Assembly (NCBI GenBank): GCA_035685905.1
Contig: DASRZY010000228.1
Location: forward strand, 1 to 49,490
Length of the DNA stretch: 49,490 nt
Reading direction: 5' to 3'
Source: Syntrophales bacterium
Lineage (GTDB): Bacteria > Desulfobacterota > Syntrophia > Syntrophales > UBA2192
Shown here piece by piece: positions 1 through 9,077 of this stretch (position 1 is the first letter of the stretch; the number at the start of each line of letters is the position of its first letter). A model generated the notes under the pieces. That model worked only from the letters and a program-made list of their open reading frames with translations. It made no database searches and was not told where the DNA came from. Made by a program: the position numbers and the translations under genes.

Positions 1-589
1 GCACCAGGACCCCGTGGGCCGCCTCGCCGCCGAGGCACTTCTGCCACGAGTAGGTCAGGACGTCCACTTTCGACCAGTCGACGGGCATGGCGAAGACGGC
101 GCTCGTGGCGTCGCACAGCGTGAGCCCCTCGCGGTTGTCGGGGATCCAGTCCCAGTTCGGGATCTTCACCCCGCTCGTCGTCCCGTTGGCGACGAATACG
201 ACATCGCTCTTCCAGTCCACGGCCTTCAGGTCGGGAAGCTTCCCGTAGGGGGCCTCGAGGACCGTCGGTTTCAGTTTCAATTCCTTCTGGATGTCCTTGG
301 CCCACTCGCCGCTGAAGCTCTCCCACACCAGCACCGTGACCGGCCGGGGGCCCAGCATTGTCCACATGGCCGCCTCGAAGGCGCCCGTGTCGGAGCCGGG
401 GAGGATCCCGAGCAGGTAATCGCCGGGGACCCCGAGGAGTTTCTTGCTTCGGGCAATGGCCTCGCCCAGCTTGTTCTTGCCGAGTGCCGAGCGGTGCGAG
501 CGCCCCAGGGCGGCGTCTTTCAACCCGTCGACGGTCCAACCGGGTCTTTTGCTGCAGGGGCCGGAGCTGAAGTTTGGATTATGATGCAT
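1..589 (-). CDS. serC: phosphoserine aminotransferase, N-terminal part (3' end runs off the window start)
   Basis: Own translation of the minus strand from ATG (rc of cat 587-589): [76 protein letters not shown], which matches the SerC family. It is absent from the ORF track because it is open at the window edge. The + ORF 14..595 is its antisense shadow. Confidence 0.8.
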   Translation of the reverse strand, partial: MHHNPNFSSGPCSKRPGWTVDGLKDAALGRSHRSALGKNKLGEAIARSKKLLGVPGDYLLGILPGSDTGAFEAAMWTMLGPRPVTVLVWESFSGEWAKDIQKELKLKPTVLEAPYGKLPDLKAVDWKSDVVFVANGTTSGVKIPNWDWIPDNREGLTLCDATSAVFAMPVDWSKVDVLTYSWQKCLGGEAAHGVLV

Positions 590-723
590 GATTGATCACC
601 TGTCGTCAAAAATCCGAAAAAATCCTCTTATCAGAAATCGATGCGTTAGACAAGCGAATTCCTGGGGGCTTCGGGAGGGCAACGTCCCTTTTTGATTGAC
701 GGAAACAGGACAAAACAGTAAAG

Positions 724-825
724 CAGTTCAGTTAGTTCAACAAAGCAGTTCGTTAGTGACCTGGTTCGGAACCAAGGAACTAACGAACTAACGGACGTCT
801 GTTATTTGTCGAACCAACAGAACGG
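724..825. repeat. GAAC/GTTC-word inverted repeat element in the serC-radA divergent intergenic region
   Basis: cagttcgttagt (746-757) pairs with actaacgaactaacgg. GAAC occurs at 769, 777 and 785 (period 8), followed by gaaccaacagaacgg and a T6 run. It uses the same words as the elements at 8974, 15751 and 24786. Confidence 0.7.
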
Positions 826-833
826 TTTTTTCT

Positions 834-2192
834 ATGAAAAAAACGAAAACCGCCTTTTTCTGCCAGAATTGCGGATATGAATCGCCCAAGTGGATCGGGA
901 AGTGCCCCGGTTGCGGCGAATGGAACCGCTTTGCCGAGGAGCCGACGCAGGCCGCCGATGCCCGCGTGCCGGCGGAGTACCAGTTGAATGAAAAGCCCCG
1001 CCCCATCGACGCCGTCGAGGCCGACGAGAAGGGGCGCCTCAAGACGGGCATGGAGGAGATGGACCGCGTCCTCGGCGGGGGCATCGTGGGCGGCTCGGCA
1101 ATCCTCGTGGGGGGCGACCCCGGGATCGGCAAGTCCACCCTGCTGCTCCAGGTCCTGCATCGGCTTGCATCGGGGGGGCTCAAGGTCCTCTACATCTCGG
1201 GCGAGGAGTCGGCAAGCCAGATCAAGCTGCGGGCCGACCGGATCGGGGCCGCCTCGAAGAACCTCTTCGTGCTCGTGGAGGTCTCCCTCGAGAACATCCT
1301 CCGCTATATAAAGGAAGTCGGGCCCGCTGCCGTCGTGATCGATTCCATCCAGACCGTCTACAGTTCCATGCTCACCTCGGCGCCGGGGAGCGTGGGGCAG
1401 GTGCGGGAGGCCTCGGAGCGCCTGATCATCCTCTCCAAGAAGACGGGGATCCCCGTTTTTCTCGTCGGGCACGTCACGAAAGACGGCTCCATCGCGGGCC
1501 CCAAGGTCCTCGAGCACATGGTCGACACGGTCCTGTACTTCGAGGGCGACTCGGGGCACTCCTACCGGATCATCCGCGGGATCAAGAACCGCTTCGGCGC
1601 CACCAACGAGATCGGCGTCTTCGAGATGCGCGACCGGGGCCTCGTGGAGGTGTCGAACCCCTCGGAGTACTTCCTCACGGAGCGGCCCGAGGGGGTGGCC
1701 GGTTCCGTCGTGGTGGCGGCCATCGAGGGCACACGGCCCATCCTGGTCGAGCTCCAGGCGCTGGTGGTGAGCACCAGCTTCGGCATGCCCCGGCGCACCG
1801 CCATCGGCGTCGACGTGAACCGCGTCTCGCTCCTGGTGGCGGTTCTGGACAAGATCGGGGGCCTGCACCTGGGCAACCACGACATCTTCGTCAACGTCGC
1901 CGGGGGCGTGAAGCTTGCAGAGCCTGCCGTGGACCTGGGGATCCTTGCGGCCATCGCATCGAGTTTCCTCGATCGACCCATCGACCCGAAGACGGCCGTC
2001 TTCGGCGAAGTCGGTCTCACGGGCGAGGTCCGCGGGATCAACCAGATGGACGTGCGCATCCGCGAGGCGGCCCGCATGGGGTTTACGCGGTGCATCATGC
2101 CGCTCACCCGCCTGCGCGATGCCGGCAAGGCCGACGGAATACAGCGCATCCGGATCGACAACCTCAGGGGTTTGATGGAGCAGCTGTTCTAG
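834..2192 (+). CDS. radA: DNA repair protein RadA/Sms
   Basis: 452-aa ORF with an N-terminal C4 zinc ribbon (CQNCGYESPKWIGKCPGCGEWN), Walker A GDPGIGKST, the KNRFG motif and a Lon-like C-terminal domain. Confidence 0.95.
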   Translation: MKKTKTAFFCQNCGYESPKWIGKCPGCGEWNRFAEEPTQAADARVPAEYQLNEKPRPIDAVEADEKGRLKTGMEEMDRVLGGGIVGGSAILVGGDPGIGKSTLLLQVLHRLASGGLKVLYISGEESASQIKLRADRIGAASKNLFVLVEVSLENILRYIKEVGPAAVVIDSIQTVYSSMLTSAPGSVGQVREASERLIILSKKTGIPVFLVGHVTKDGSIAGPKVLEHMVDTVLYFEGDSGHSYRIIRGIKNRFGATNEIGVFEMRDRGLVEVSNPSEYFLTERPEGVAGSVVVAAIEGTRPILVELQALVVSTSFGMPRRTAIGVDVNRVSLLVAVLDKIGGLHLGNHDIFVNVAGGVKLAEPAVDLGILAAIASSFLDRPIDPKTAVFGEVGLTGEVRGINQMDVRIREAARMGFTRCIMPLTRLRDAGKADGIQRIRIDNLRGLMEQLF

Positions 2193-2231
2193 GAAATCCT
2201 GCCGGGCGGGTTGAAACCACAGGGGTCACCC

Positions 2232-2930
2232 ATGGCGCCGAGCATCCTCATCGTCGATGACGAAAAAGATATCGTCGATCTTGTCGCTTACAACGTCGAG
2301 AGGCAGGGGTACAGGGTCCTCAAGGCCTACGACGGGGAAGGGGCGCTCCGGGTTGCGCGCTCGGAGAAACCGGACCTGATGGTTCTGGATCTCATGCTGC
2401 CCGGCATCCAGGGCCTCGAGGTGTGCAGGCGGATCCGCCGGAACCAGGATACGGCGGGCATCCCGATCATCATGCTGACGGCCAGGGGCGAAGAGTTCGA
2501 CAAGGTCGTCGGTCTCGAGGCGGGCGCCGACGACTACATCACCAAGCCCTTCAGCGTGAAGGAGCTCCTGGCCCGGGTGAAGGCCGTGCTGCGCAGGGCC
2601 GATGCGCGCCGGGCATCCGAAGAGGCCGAGATCTTCGAATTCAAGGGGCTGCGGATCGATCTCAAATCCTACGAGGTCAGCGTCGATGGCAAGAGCGTGC
2701 CGCTCAGCCGCACGGAGTTCAATCTGCTGCGGTTCCTGACGCGCAACCCCGGGCGAGTTTACAGCCGGGAGCAGATCCTGGATCGGGTCTGGGGCGACGA
2801 GTCCTTTGTCGAGCCGCGCACCGTCGACGTGCACGTGCGGCGCCTGAGGGCGCAGATCGAGCCCGACGAGAGCTCCCCGACGTACATCGTCACGGTCCGC
2901 GGTGTGGGCTACAAGTTCGCGGAACGCTGA
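2232..2930 (+). CDS. OmpR/PhoB-family response regulator (receiver plus winged-helix); no cognate kinase adjacent
   Basis: ILIVDDE..DLMVLDLMLPG..ADDYITKPF receiver motifs and a C-terminal trans_reg_C (RTVDVHVRRLR..VRGVGY). I chose the ATG at 2232 with aggggt upstream rather than the TTG at 2211. Confidence 0.9.
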   Translation: MAPSILIVDDEKDIVDLVAYNVERQGYRVLKAYDGEGALRVARSEKPDLMVLDLMLPGIQGLEVCRRIRRNQDTAGIPIIMLTARGEEFDKVVGLEAGADDYITKPFSVKELLARVKAVLRRADARRASEEAEIFEFKGLRIDLKSYEVSVDGKSVPLSRTEFNLLRFLTRNPGRVYSREQILDRVWGDESFVEPRTVDVHVRRLRAQIEPDESSPTYIVTVRGVGYKFAER

Positions 2931-2940
2931 TCTTGGCAAT

Positions 2941-3003
2941 CTTCCTCTCTTATCTTACCTCTTTCTTCACTTGAAACTTAAAACTGCGCCCGGCGGGCGC
3001 GGC
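2941..3003 (+). repeat. periodic pyrimidine-rich spacer plus GC hairpin (gcgcccggcgggcgc, 2986-3000) after the response-regulator stop codon
   Basis: cttcctct/cttatctt/acctcttt 8-mer words, then cacttgaaacttaaaactgcgcccggcgggcgcggc. That 36-nt block recurs at 24749-24786. Confidence 0.6.
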
Positions 3004-3012
3004 AGGAAATTC

Positions 3013-3041
3013 TTGACAACATCGGGCATGCACGTTATGAA
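3013..3041 (+). promoter_or_regulatory. candidate sigma70 promoter upstream of phoH2 (TTGACA-N17-TATGAA)
   Basis: TTGACA at 3013-3018, 17-nt spacer, TATGAA at 3036-3041. It would give a leader of about 250 nt. Confidence 0.35.
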
Positions 3042-3289
3042 GATGGTGTAGCAAGTAGCGGCATTTTGAGTGTATCATCCGAGCGCCGGAAGATGCGGCG
3101 TAATAGACAGGAGGCCAATCCTGCAATCGGATCAACCCCACGAACCCTGCCTACCGGCCCGACCTCGGCCGACAATCGTTGCACCCCGAAGGATAGCTAT
3201 TGCCCGTACCCGCGAGGGACTTCGCCTTGCAGGGACAGGAACGCGAGGAAGGGCACCAGGCTGCTGCGGATGCGGAGGAGTCTGAACTC

Positions 3290-4594
3290 ATGATTAAAAC
3301 ATACATCCTGGACACAAACGTGCTGCTCCACAATCCGGGGGCCCTTTTTGCCTTCGAGGACAACAACGTAGTCATCCCCATGGCCGTCATTGAGGAGATC
3401 GACAATCAGAAAAAAAGGCAGGACGAGGTCGGGCGCAACGCCCGTGTCGTCTCCCAGGAACTCGACAGGATGCGCGAGTCGGGCTGCCTGTCGACGGGCG
3501 TGCCTCTTCCCTCGGGCGGAAGGCTGCGCATCGAGATCAACCACCAGGACGCCGTGGCCGATTTCCCCCCCGGCTTCGACCCGAACAAGACGGACAACCG
3601 GATCCTCGCCGTGGCCTACAGCCTGAGCAAGCAGCTTGTCGGGCGGGTCTTCCTGGTGTCGAAGGACTTGAACCTGCGCGTCAAGTCGGACGTCCTCGGC
3701 ATTCCCGCCCAGGACTTCTACAACGACAAGGTGAACTACCACGAGCTGTACACGGGCGCAGGCGTGGTGGACGTGACGGCAGAGGAGATGGACACCTTTT
3801 TCAAGGAGGGGCGCCTCCAGATGAACGGCCGCGGTCCCGGGCGTCCCCACGAGTTCTTTGTCTTACGGAACCACGTTGCGTCCTCCCAGTCGGCCCTGTC
3901 CCGGTACTTCCGCGGCGAGCTGAGGCCGCTGGTCCACGGCGAGAGCACAAACCAGGGAATCAAGGCGCGAAACAAGGAACAGCGCTTCGCCCTGGAGCTG
4001 CTCCTGAACGATCATATCCGCGTGGCGACCCTTGTGGGCCGTGCCGGAACGGGCAAGACGCTTCTGGCCATTGCCGTGGGCCTCGAAAAGGTCATGGAGC
4101 AGAAGGCTTACTCGCGCCTGCTCGTCACGCGGCCCGTCATCCCGCTGGGCAACGACCTGGGCTTTCTCCCCGGCTCCAAGGAGGAGAAACTGCGGCCCTG
4201 GATGCAGCCCATCTACGACAACCTGGAGTTCATCTTCAGCAGCAACCCCGAGCCGCACCGGATCATCGAGCACCTCATGGACCGTGGCATCCTCGAGATG
4301 GAGGCCCTGGCCTACATCCGGGGGCGCAGCATCCCCAAGCAGTTCATCATCTGCGACGAGGCGCAGAACCTCACCCCGCACATGATCAAGACGCTGATCA
4401 CGCGCGTGGGCGAGGGCACGAAGCTCGTCTTCACGGGCGACCCCGAACAGATCGATCATCCCTACCTCGATGCCAGCAGCAACGGGCTCACCTACCTCGT
4501 GGAGCACCTGAAGGACGAGGAGATTGCCGGCCACGTGACGTTGTTCAAGGGGGAGAGGTCGCTGGTTGCCGAAATGGGGGCGAGACTCCTCTAA
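3290..4594 (+). CDS. phoH2: PIN-domain plus PhoH-like ATPase (PhoH2 family)
   Basis: N-terminal PIN (MIKTYILDTNVLLH..), Walker A GRAGTGKT and a PhoH C-terminal region (ICDEAQNLTP..FTGDPEQID). ATG at 3290 is preceded by ggaggag, and the upstream part of track ORF 3200.. looks non-coding. Confidence 0.9.
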   Translation: MIKTYILDTNVLLHNPGALFAFEDNNVVIPMAVIEEIDNQKKRQDEVGRNARVVSQELDRMRESGCLSTGVPLPSGGRLRIEINHQDAVADFPPGFDPNKTDNRILAVAYSLSKQLVGRVFLVSKDLNLRVKSDVLGIPAQDFYNDKVNYHELYTGAGVVDVTAEEMDTFFKEGRLQMNGRGPGRPHEFFVLRNHVASSQSALSRYFRGELRPLVHGESTNQGIKARNKEQRFALELLLNDHIRVATLVGRAGTGKTLLAIAVGLEKVMEQKAYSRLLVTRPVIPLGNDLGFLPGSKEEKLRPWMQPIYDNLEFIFSSNPEPHRIIEHLMDRGILEMEALAYIRGRSIPKQFIICDEAQNLTPHMIKTLITRVGEGTKLVFTGDPEQIDHPYLDASSNGLTYLVEHLKDEEIAGHVTLFKGERSLVAEMGARLL

Positions 4595-4603
4595 GAAAGG
4601 GTA

Positions 4604-4660
4604 CAGGAGAGAACAGATAGCAGACGGCAGGCAGCAGACAGCCAACAGCAGGCAACAGAA
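4604..4660 (+). repeat. CAG-anchored heptamer array directly after the phoH2 stop codon
   Basis: CAG at 4614, 4621, 4628, 4635, 4649 and 4656 (exact 7-nt period; 4642 is cca). Confidence 0.7.
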
Positions 4661-4661
4661 T

Positions 4662-4698
4662 CCCCCTGTGTACATGACGGGCACAGGGGGATTTTTTT
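4662..4698 (+). terminator. rho-independent terminator of phoH2
   Basis: 9-bp stem ccccctgtg/cacaggggg with an 11-nt loop, followed by T7. Confidence 0.8.
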
Positions 4699-4828
4699 AT
4701 TCGAAGGCTGTGACGGGGGCGGTGTTGATGCCCGGCGAAAGGGCGCGAAAAGACCCGGGAAAGGCATGAATCTTGTAAGTCTTTGCCTGATACTCTCACG
4801 ATTGTAAATCCTTGCCATTTAGGACGCC

Positions 4829-7186
4829 ATGGAATGTAACCCGCTACGCCTGACAGGCTCGTTACGAGGCCCCCTGGGGCTTCTTGCTCTCACGATCCTG
4901 ATGTTCTGGGATGTCCTGTTTTTCCCCGGCGACGCCGTGCTCTCCAGCGGCAGAGCAGATCTGGCCGCGCAGTTCGTGCACTGGCGGGGCTTTGCCGTCC
5001 AGGAGATGCTCCGCGGGAATCTTCCCCTCTGGAACCCTCACATCTTCAGCGGTGCGCCTTTTCTTGCCGGATTCCAGTCGGCCCTGCTCTACCCGCTGAA
5101 TGTCCTCTACCTGGTCCTGCCCCTTGCGAAGGCCATCAATTGGGGTATTTCCCTGCACGCCTTCCTCGGGGGTCTCTTCTTCTATCTCTGGGCGCTCAAA
5201 CGGGGCCTGCACCCGCTGGCCTGCTTTATGGCCGGGGCCCAGTTCATCTTCTGCGCTCCGTACTTCCTGCACATCTACGCAGGGCACCTGCCCAATCTCT
5301 GCACCATGATCTGGGTGCCATTGCTCTTCCTTGCAATCGACGGGATCCTCGAGAAGCCCTCCGCCGGGTGGTGCCTGCTGGGGGTTGGGGCCGTGGCGAT
5401 GCAGATCCTGGCCGGTCACATCCAGTACGCCTATTACACGGGGATCGCGGCCTCCATCTACCTGGGCATCCGGCTGTACGGGGCACCCGAGCGGTTGAAA
5501 GCACTGCTCTGTTTTGCCGTCTTCTACGGAGGCGCCGCCATCCTGGCTGCAGCCCAGATCCTGCCCGGCATCGAGGCCGGCAAGGCCACCCTGCGGGGGA
5601 TGGGCGTCTCCCACGAGTTTGCTGCCCTGTTTTCCTTCCCGCCGGAGAACCTCATTACCTGGGTTGCCCCCGCCTTTTTGGGCGACATGATTCATTTCCC
5701 CTACTGGGGGCGCTGGTACCTGTGGGAGATGTCTCTTTTTGTGAGCGTCACCGGTTTCCTGCTTGCCTTTTACGCCCTTGTGTTTCGCCGGGGAAAAGAC
5801 AGATTCATCGTGCTTTCCATGGTGGTGATCCTCCTGCTTCTGGCCATGGGATCCTACATGCCCTGGTTTCCCCTCCTGCATGCATGGCTTCCCGGTTTCA
5901 ATCTGTTCCGGGGGACATCGAAATTTGTCTTTCAGGCCTCGCTCTTCCTGATCCTGCTTTCCGCCATGGGGCTCGATTGCCTCATCCGGGACGGGCTCCG
6001 GAAGCGCTGGCCCGTCCTGTCGGTCCTGGGGGCCTCGGCGGCTCTTTCACTGGCTGCCGCCCTTGCGATCCTGCAGTCTGCCCAGACGCCCTCCGGCTTC
6101 TGGGCGGAGCTGATGCTTGGAATCGGCAAGACGAAGCAGAGCTACCTTGCCGAAGGATTTTACCTGAACAGCCTGGTCATCCTGCAGGCAGGCGAAGTTG
6201 CGGCCCAGGCCCTCGCGGTCCTGTCTGCCACCTGCGTGGCCATCGCGGCGGTCCTGTTCCTGAGGGTATCCAACACCTGGAAGGCATCGCTGCTCGTCAG
6301 CCTGGCCGTCGTGGAGCTCTTTGCAGCGGGGATGCCCGTCCGGGACACCTTCCGGCTCTCCGCCGCCTATCTTGCTGAACTGGCGGCCCTGGTGGGCAAC
6401 AGGCTCGACGAGCACCGCCTCTTCAACCCGTACAGCCCGAATCTGGCCATGTCGATGGGATGGCGGGACATCTGGGGCTACGACCCGCTGATTCCGCGCC
6501 GCTATGGTGAGTTCATGGCCTGGATGCAGCACATGGATATTTCGCAGGTCGAGCAGAACGCAACGCGTTTCCAGCCACACCCTCTGCTGAGGATGCTGGG
6601 GTGCCGGTACATGCTGAGAGCCGTCGGGGGCAGCATCGCGCTTACAGAACTGGGCGGGGACATCATGCCCCGGGCGGCACTGATCGGGCAGTGGGCCGTC
6701 GAGCCGGACCGGGACCGCGCGTTCGCCATCCTCGGGCAGCCGGGATTTGACCCTCGCAGGCTTGTTGTCCTGGAACGGGACCCGAACCTTCCCGCAGTGG
6801 CAGTCGCGTCAAACCCTGGGACCGTAACCGTGACGGAGACTTCTCCGAACCAGCTCACGATAGAGGCCGATGTGAACAGTGCATCGATCCTTCTCGTAAC
6901 GGACAGCTTCGTGGAAGGCTGGCGGATCGTGCCCCTGGCCGGCAGTGTCTCCGGCTCCTATGAGATCATCCCCGCAAACTATGCCCTGCGGGGAGTGCCG
7001 CTGGCGACGGGGCACCATCATATCAGGATGGAGTACCGCCCCGTCTCCTTCGTGATCGGCGCCTGGCTCTCCCTGTCCGGGGTTTTTGCATGGCTGGCCG
7101 TTGCCGGTGTCTTCGTTTGGCGCAAACGAAAACCGGATGCAGAAGACAATTCACGACCGGAGCCCCGATGCGAGGTGAACGAATGA
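4829..7186 (+). CDS. YfhO-family polytopic membrane protein (GT-C-like glycosyltransferase)
   Basis: 785 aa, many TM helices, and an N-terminal region typical of YfhO (FFPGDAVLSSGRADLAAQFVHWRGF..GNLPLWNPHIFSGAPFLA). Confidence 0.75.
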   Translation: MECNPLRLTGSLRGPLGLLALTILMFWDVLFFPGDAVLSSGRADLAAQFVHWRGFAVQEMLRGNLPLWNPHIFSGAPFLAGFQSALLYPLNVLYLVLPLAKAINWGISLHAFLGGLFFYLWALKRGLHPLACFMAGAQFIFCAPYFLHIYAGHLPNLCTMIWVPLLFLAIDGILEKPSAGWCLLGVGAVAMQILAGHIQYAYYTGIAASIYLGIRLYGAPERLKALLCFAVFYGGAAILAAAQILPGIEAGKATLRGMGVSHEFAALFSFPPENLITWVAPAFLGDMIHFPYWGRWYLWEMSLFVSVTGFLLAFYALVFRRGKDRFIVLSMVVILLLLAMGSYMPWFPLLHAWLPGFNLFRGTSKFVFQASLFLILLSAMGLDCLIRDGLRKRWPVLSVLGASAALSLAAALAILQSAQTPSGFWAELMLGIGKTKQSYLAEGFYLNSLVILQAGEVAAQALAVLSATCVAIAAVLFLRVSNTWKASLLVSLAVVELFAAGMPVRDTFRLSAAYLAELAALVGNRLDEHRLFNPYSPNLAMSMGWRDIWGYDPLIPRRYGEFMAWMQHMDISQVEQNATRFQPHPLLRMLGCRYMLRAVGGSIALTELGGDIMPRAALIGQWAVEPDRDRAFAILGQPGFDPRRLVVLERDPNLPAVAVASNPGTVTVTETSPNQLTIEADVNSASILLVTDSFVEGWRIVPLAGSVSGSYEIIPANYALRGVPLATGHHHIRMEYRPVSFVIGAWLSLSGVFAWLAVAGVFVWRKRKPDAEDNSRPEPRCEVNE

Positions 7187-8982
7187 CCGTGCCCTTCGAG
7201 CGCAGGGGAATCTATGTCTGCCTGGTGCTTGCCGCGGCAGTGCTGGCGGTCTATTACCCCGTGATGGGCTTCGATTTTGTCAACCTCGATGACCAGCTCT
7301 ATGCTTACGAAAACCCCCACGTGCGGGCGGGGATCACCCCGGCAGGCATCCAGTGGGCCTTCACGAACCTCGATGCCAATTTCTGGCACCCGCTCACGTG
7401 GCTCTCCCACATGCTCGACTGGCAGCTCTTCGGTGACTGGGCGGGCGGGCACCACGCCATGGGCCTGTTGCTGCACGTGGCAAACACGCTCATTCTTTTC
7501 ATGGCGCTTGCGCGGCTGACAAACCGCTTCTGGGAAAGCGCCGCCGTGGCGGCCCTTTTTGCCCTCCACCCGCTCCACGTGGAATCGGTGGCCTGGGTGT
7601 CGGAACGCAAAGACGTTCTGAGCACGCTGTTCTTCATGCTCACGCTGCTTGCCTATCCGCGATACGTGGAAAAACGCACGCCGGGACGTTACCTGTGTGT
7701 CCTCACACCCTATGCGCTGGGCCTCATGGCAAAGCCGATGCTCGTGACGGTTCCTTTCGTCCTGTTGCTCCTGGATGCCTGGCCGCTTCAGCGTTTCGGG
7801 AGCGGAGGCCTGCGATGGGATGCTGCAAAGACTGTGATCCTGGAAAAAATCCCCTTCGTGGTTCTCGCCGTGCCGGCCGGAGTCATGGCCGTCGTTGCCC
7901 AGGGCAGGGGCGCGGCACTGGCCGGAATGGATCTGGTGCCCCTCGACATGCGGCTTTCCAATGCCGCCCTTTCGACCGTGGCGTACCTGGGGAAAACGGT
8001 CTTGCCCGTTGATCTGGCCGTTTCCTATCCGCTGGAACCTGTTCCTGCGGGGATGGCCATCAGTGCAGGCCTTATTCTCGCGGCGATCACGGCAATTGCG
8101 CTGCCTGCGATCCGGCGGTGCCCCTATGTCACGACCGGGTGGCTCTGGTACCTTGGAACGCTTGCACCCGTGAGCGGGCTCATCCAGGTGGGTACCCACT
8201 CCATGGCGGACAGGTACACGTACATCCCGCTCGTCGGTATCTTCATCATCGTTGCCTGGGGGGCATCGGATCTTCTCTCCCGTGCCCGGCGGTGGAGGGT
8301 GCTTGCCGCCTTCGGGGCCTGTGCGCTTGCGCTGGCGATCGGGGCCGTAACGTGCTATCAGCTCCAGTACTGGAGCGACAGTGAAACGCTCATGCGCCGC
8401 ACGCTGGCCGTGACGGGTCCGAACGGGATCGCCGAGAACAACCTGGCCACGGCTCTCACACTGCGGGGTGCTTACGATGAGGCGCTCCCCCATGCCCTGC
8501 GCGCCGTCACGCTGCGGCCGGCCGATGAAGAGGTGGTCTTCAACATGGGCAACACTCTGGCAGGCCTGCGACGCGACGATGAAGCGAAGGCCTGGATGGA
8601 GAAGTCCATCGAGATGAACCCGCGTCTCGACAGGGCGTATACCAACCTGGGCGCCCTGCTCATCCGGCAGAGGCGTTTCGATGAGGCGATTGGGAATCTG
8701 AAGATCGCAATGGGCCTCAACCCGGCAAGCCCCGTGTTGAGGCTCAACATGGCCGTGGCTCTTGCAGCGACAGGAAGGACCGATGATGCGGCGGCTCATC
8801 TCGAGGAGGCCGTGAAACTGGCGCCGGGTTCTCTGCTTCTGCGGACAAAGGCGGTACAGACCTGGTGGAGGATGGGCCTGCAGGACAGGGCCCTTCACGA
8901 GAACGAGTGGATACGAAACGTTGACGGCAAGCTGGCCGATGAGATCTCTCGGTGGATGGAAGAGCAAAAAGAAGTTCGTTAG
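7183..8982 (+). CDS. membrane glycosyltransferase-like (PMT_2/DUF1736, TMTC-like) protein with C-terminal TPR repeats
   Basis: ATGA overlap with the upstream stop (7183-7186). Conserved FVNLDD..FWHPLTWLSHMLD..ALHPLHVESVAWVSERKDVL block and TPR repeats in the C-terminal third. Confidence 0.85.
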   Translation: MTVPFERRGIYVCLVLAAAVLAVYYPVMGFDFVNLDDQLYAYENPHVRAGITPAGIQWAFTNLDANFWHPLTWLSHMLDWQLFGDWAGGHHAMGLLLHVANTLILFMALARLTNRFWESAAVAALFALHPLHVESVAWVSERKDVLSTLFFMLTLLAYPRYVEKRTPGRYLCVLTPYALGLMAKPMLVTVPFVLLLLDAWPLQRFGSGGLRWDAAKTVILEKIPFVVLAVPAGVMAVVAQGRGAALAGMDLVPLDMRLSNAALSTVAYLGKTVLPVDLAVSYPLEPVPAGMAISAGLILAAITAIALPAIRRCPYVTTGWLWYLGTLAPVSGLIQVGTHSMADRYTYIPLVGIFIIVAWGASDLLSRARRWRVLAAFGACALALAIGAVTCYQLQYWSDSETLMRRTLAVTGPNGIAENNLATALTLRGAYDEALPHALRAVTLRPADEEVVFNMGNTLAGLRRDDEAKAWMEKSIEMNPRLDRAYTNLGALLIRQRRFDEAIGNLKIAMGLNPASPVLRLNMAVALAATGRTDDAAAHLEEAVKLAPGSLLLRTKAVQTWWRMGLQDRALHENEWIRNVDGKLADEISRWMEEQKEVR

Positions 8983-9070
8983 TTCAGCGCCGCGCCGCGG
9001 CGGGGTTTACGTTTTACGTGATTACGTTTTAAGCAAGAAAAAGAACCAACGAACCAACGAACTAACGAAC
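8974..9070. repeat. GTTC/GAAC inverted octamer arrays flanking a GC hairpin and a TTACGT 8-mer array
   Basis: The left arm gttcgttagttc overlaps the stop codon at 8980-8982. The core is gccgcgccgcggc plus tttacgttttacgtgattacgtttt. The right arm has GAAC at 9043, 9051, 9059 and 9067 (period 8), followed by a T5 run. Confidence 0.75.
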
Positions 9071-9077
9071 TGTTTTT

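Noticed and set aside
14-595. 193-aa plus-strand ORF at the window start
   Set aside because: The minus strand here encodes a convincing SerC N-terminus, so the plus ORF is its shadow.
724-825. GAAC/GTTC arrays as LexA (SOS) boxes, given radA downstream and the alphaproteobacterial GTTC-N7-GTTC box
   Set aside because: The spacing here is N4-N5 (period 8-9), not N7. The same arrays also occur next to unrelated genes (TPR genes, ileS, kef), which argues against an SOS regulon signal.
3020-3290. Known structured RNAs (6S, tmRNA, SRP RNA, common riboswitches) in the phoH2 leader
   Set aside because: I could not find any of the signature sequences, for example the tmRNA tag or acceptor, the SRP GGAA/AGCA domain IV, or the 6S central-bubble layout. 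It remains an uncharacterised leader.
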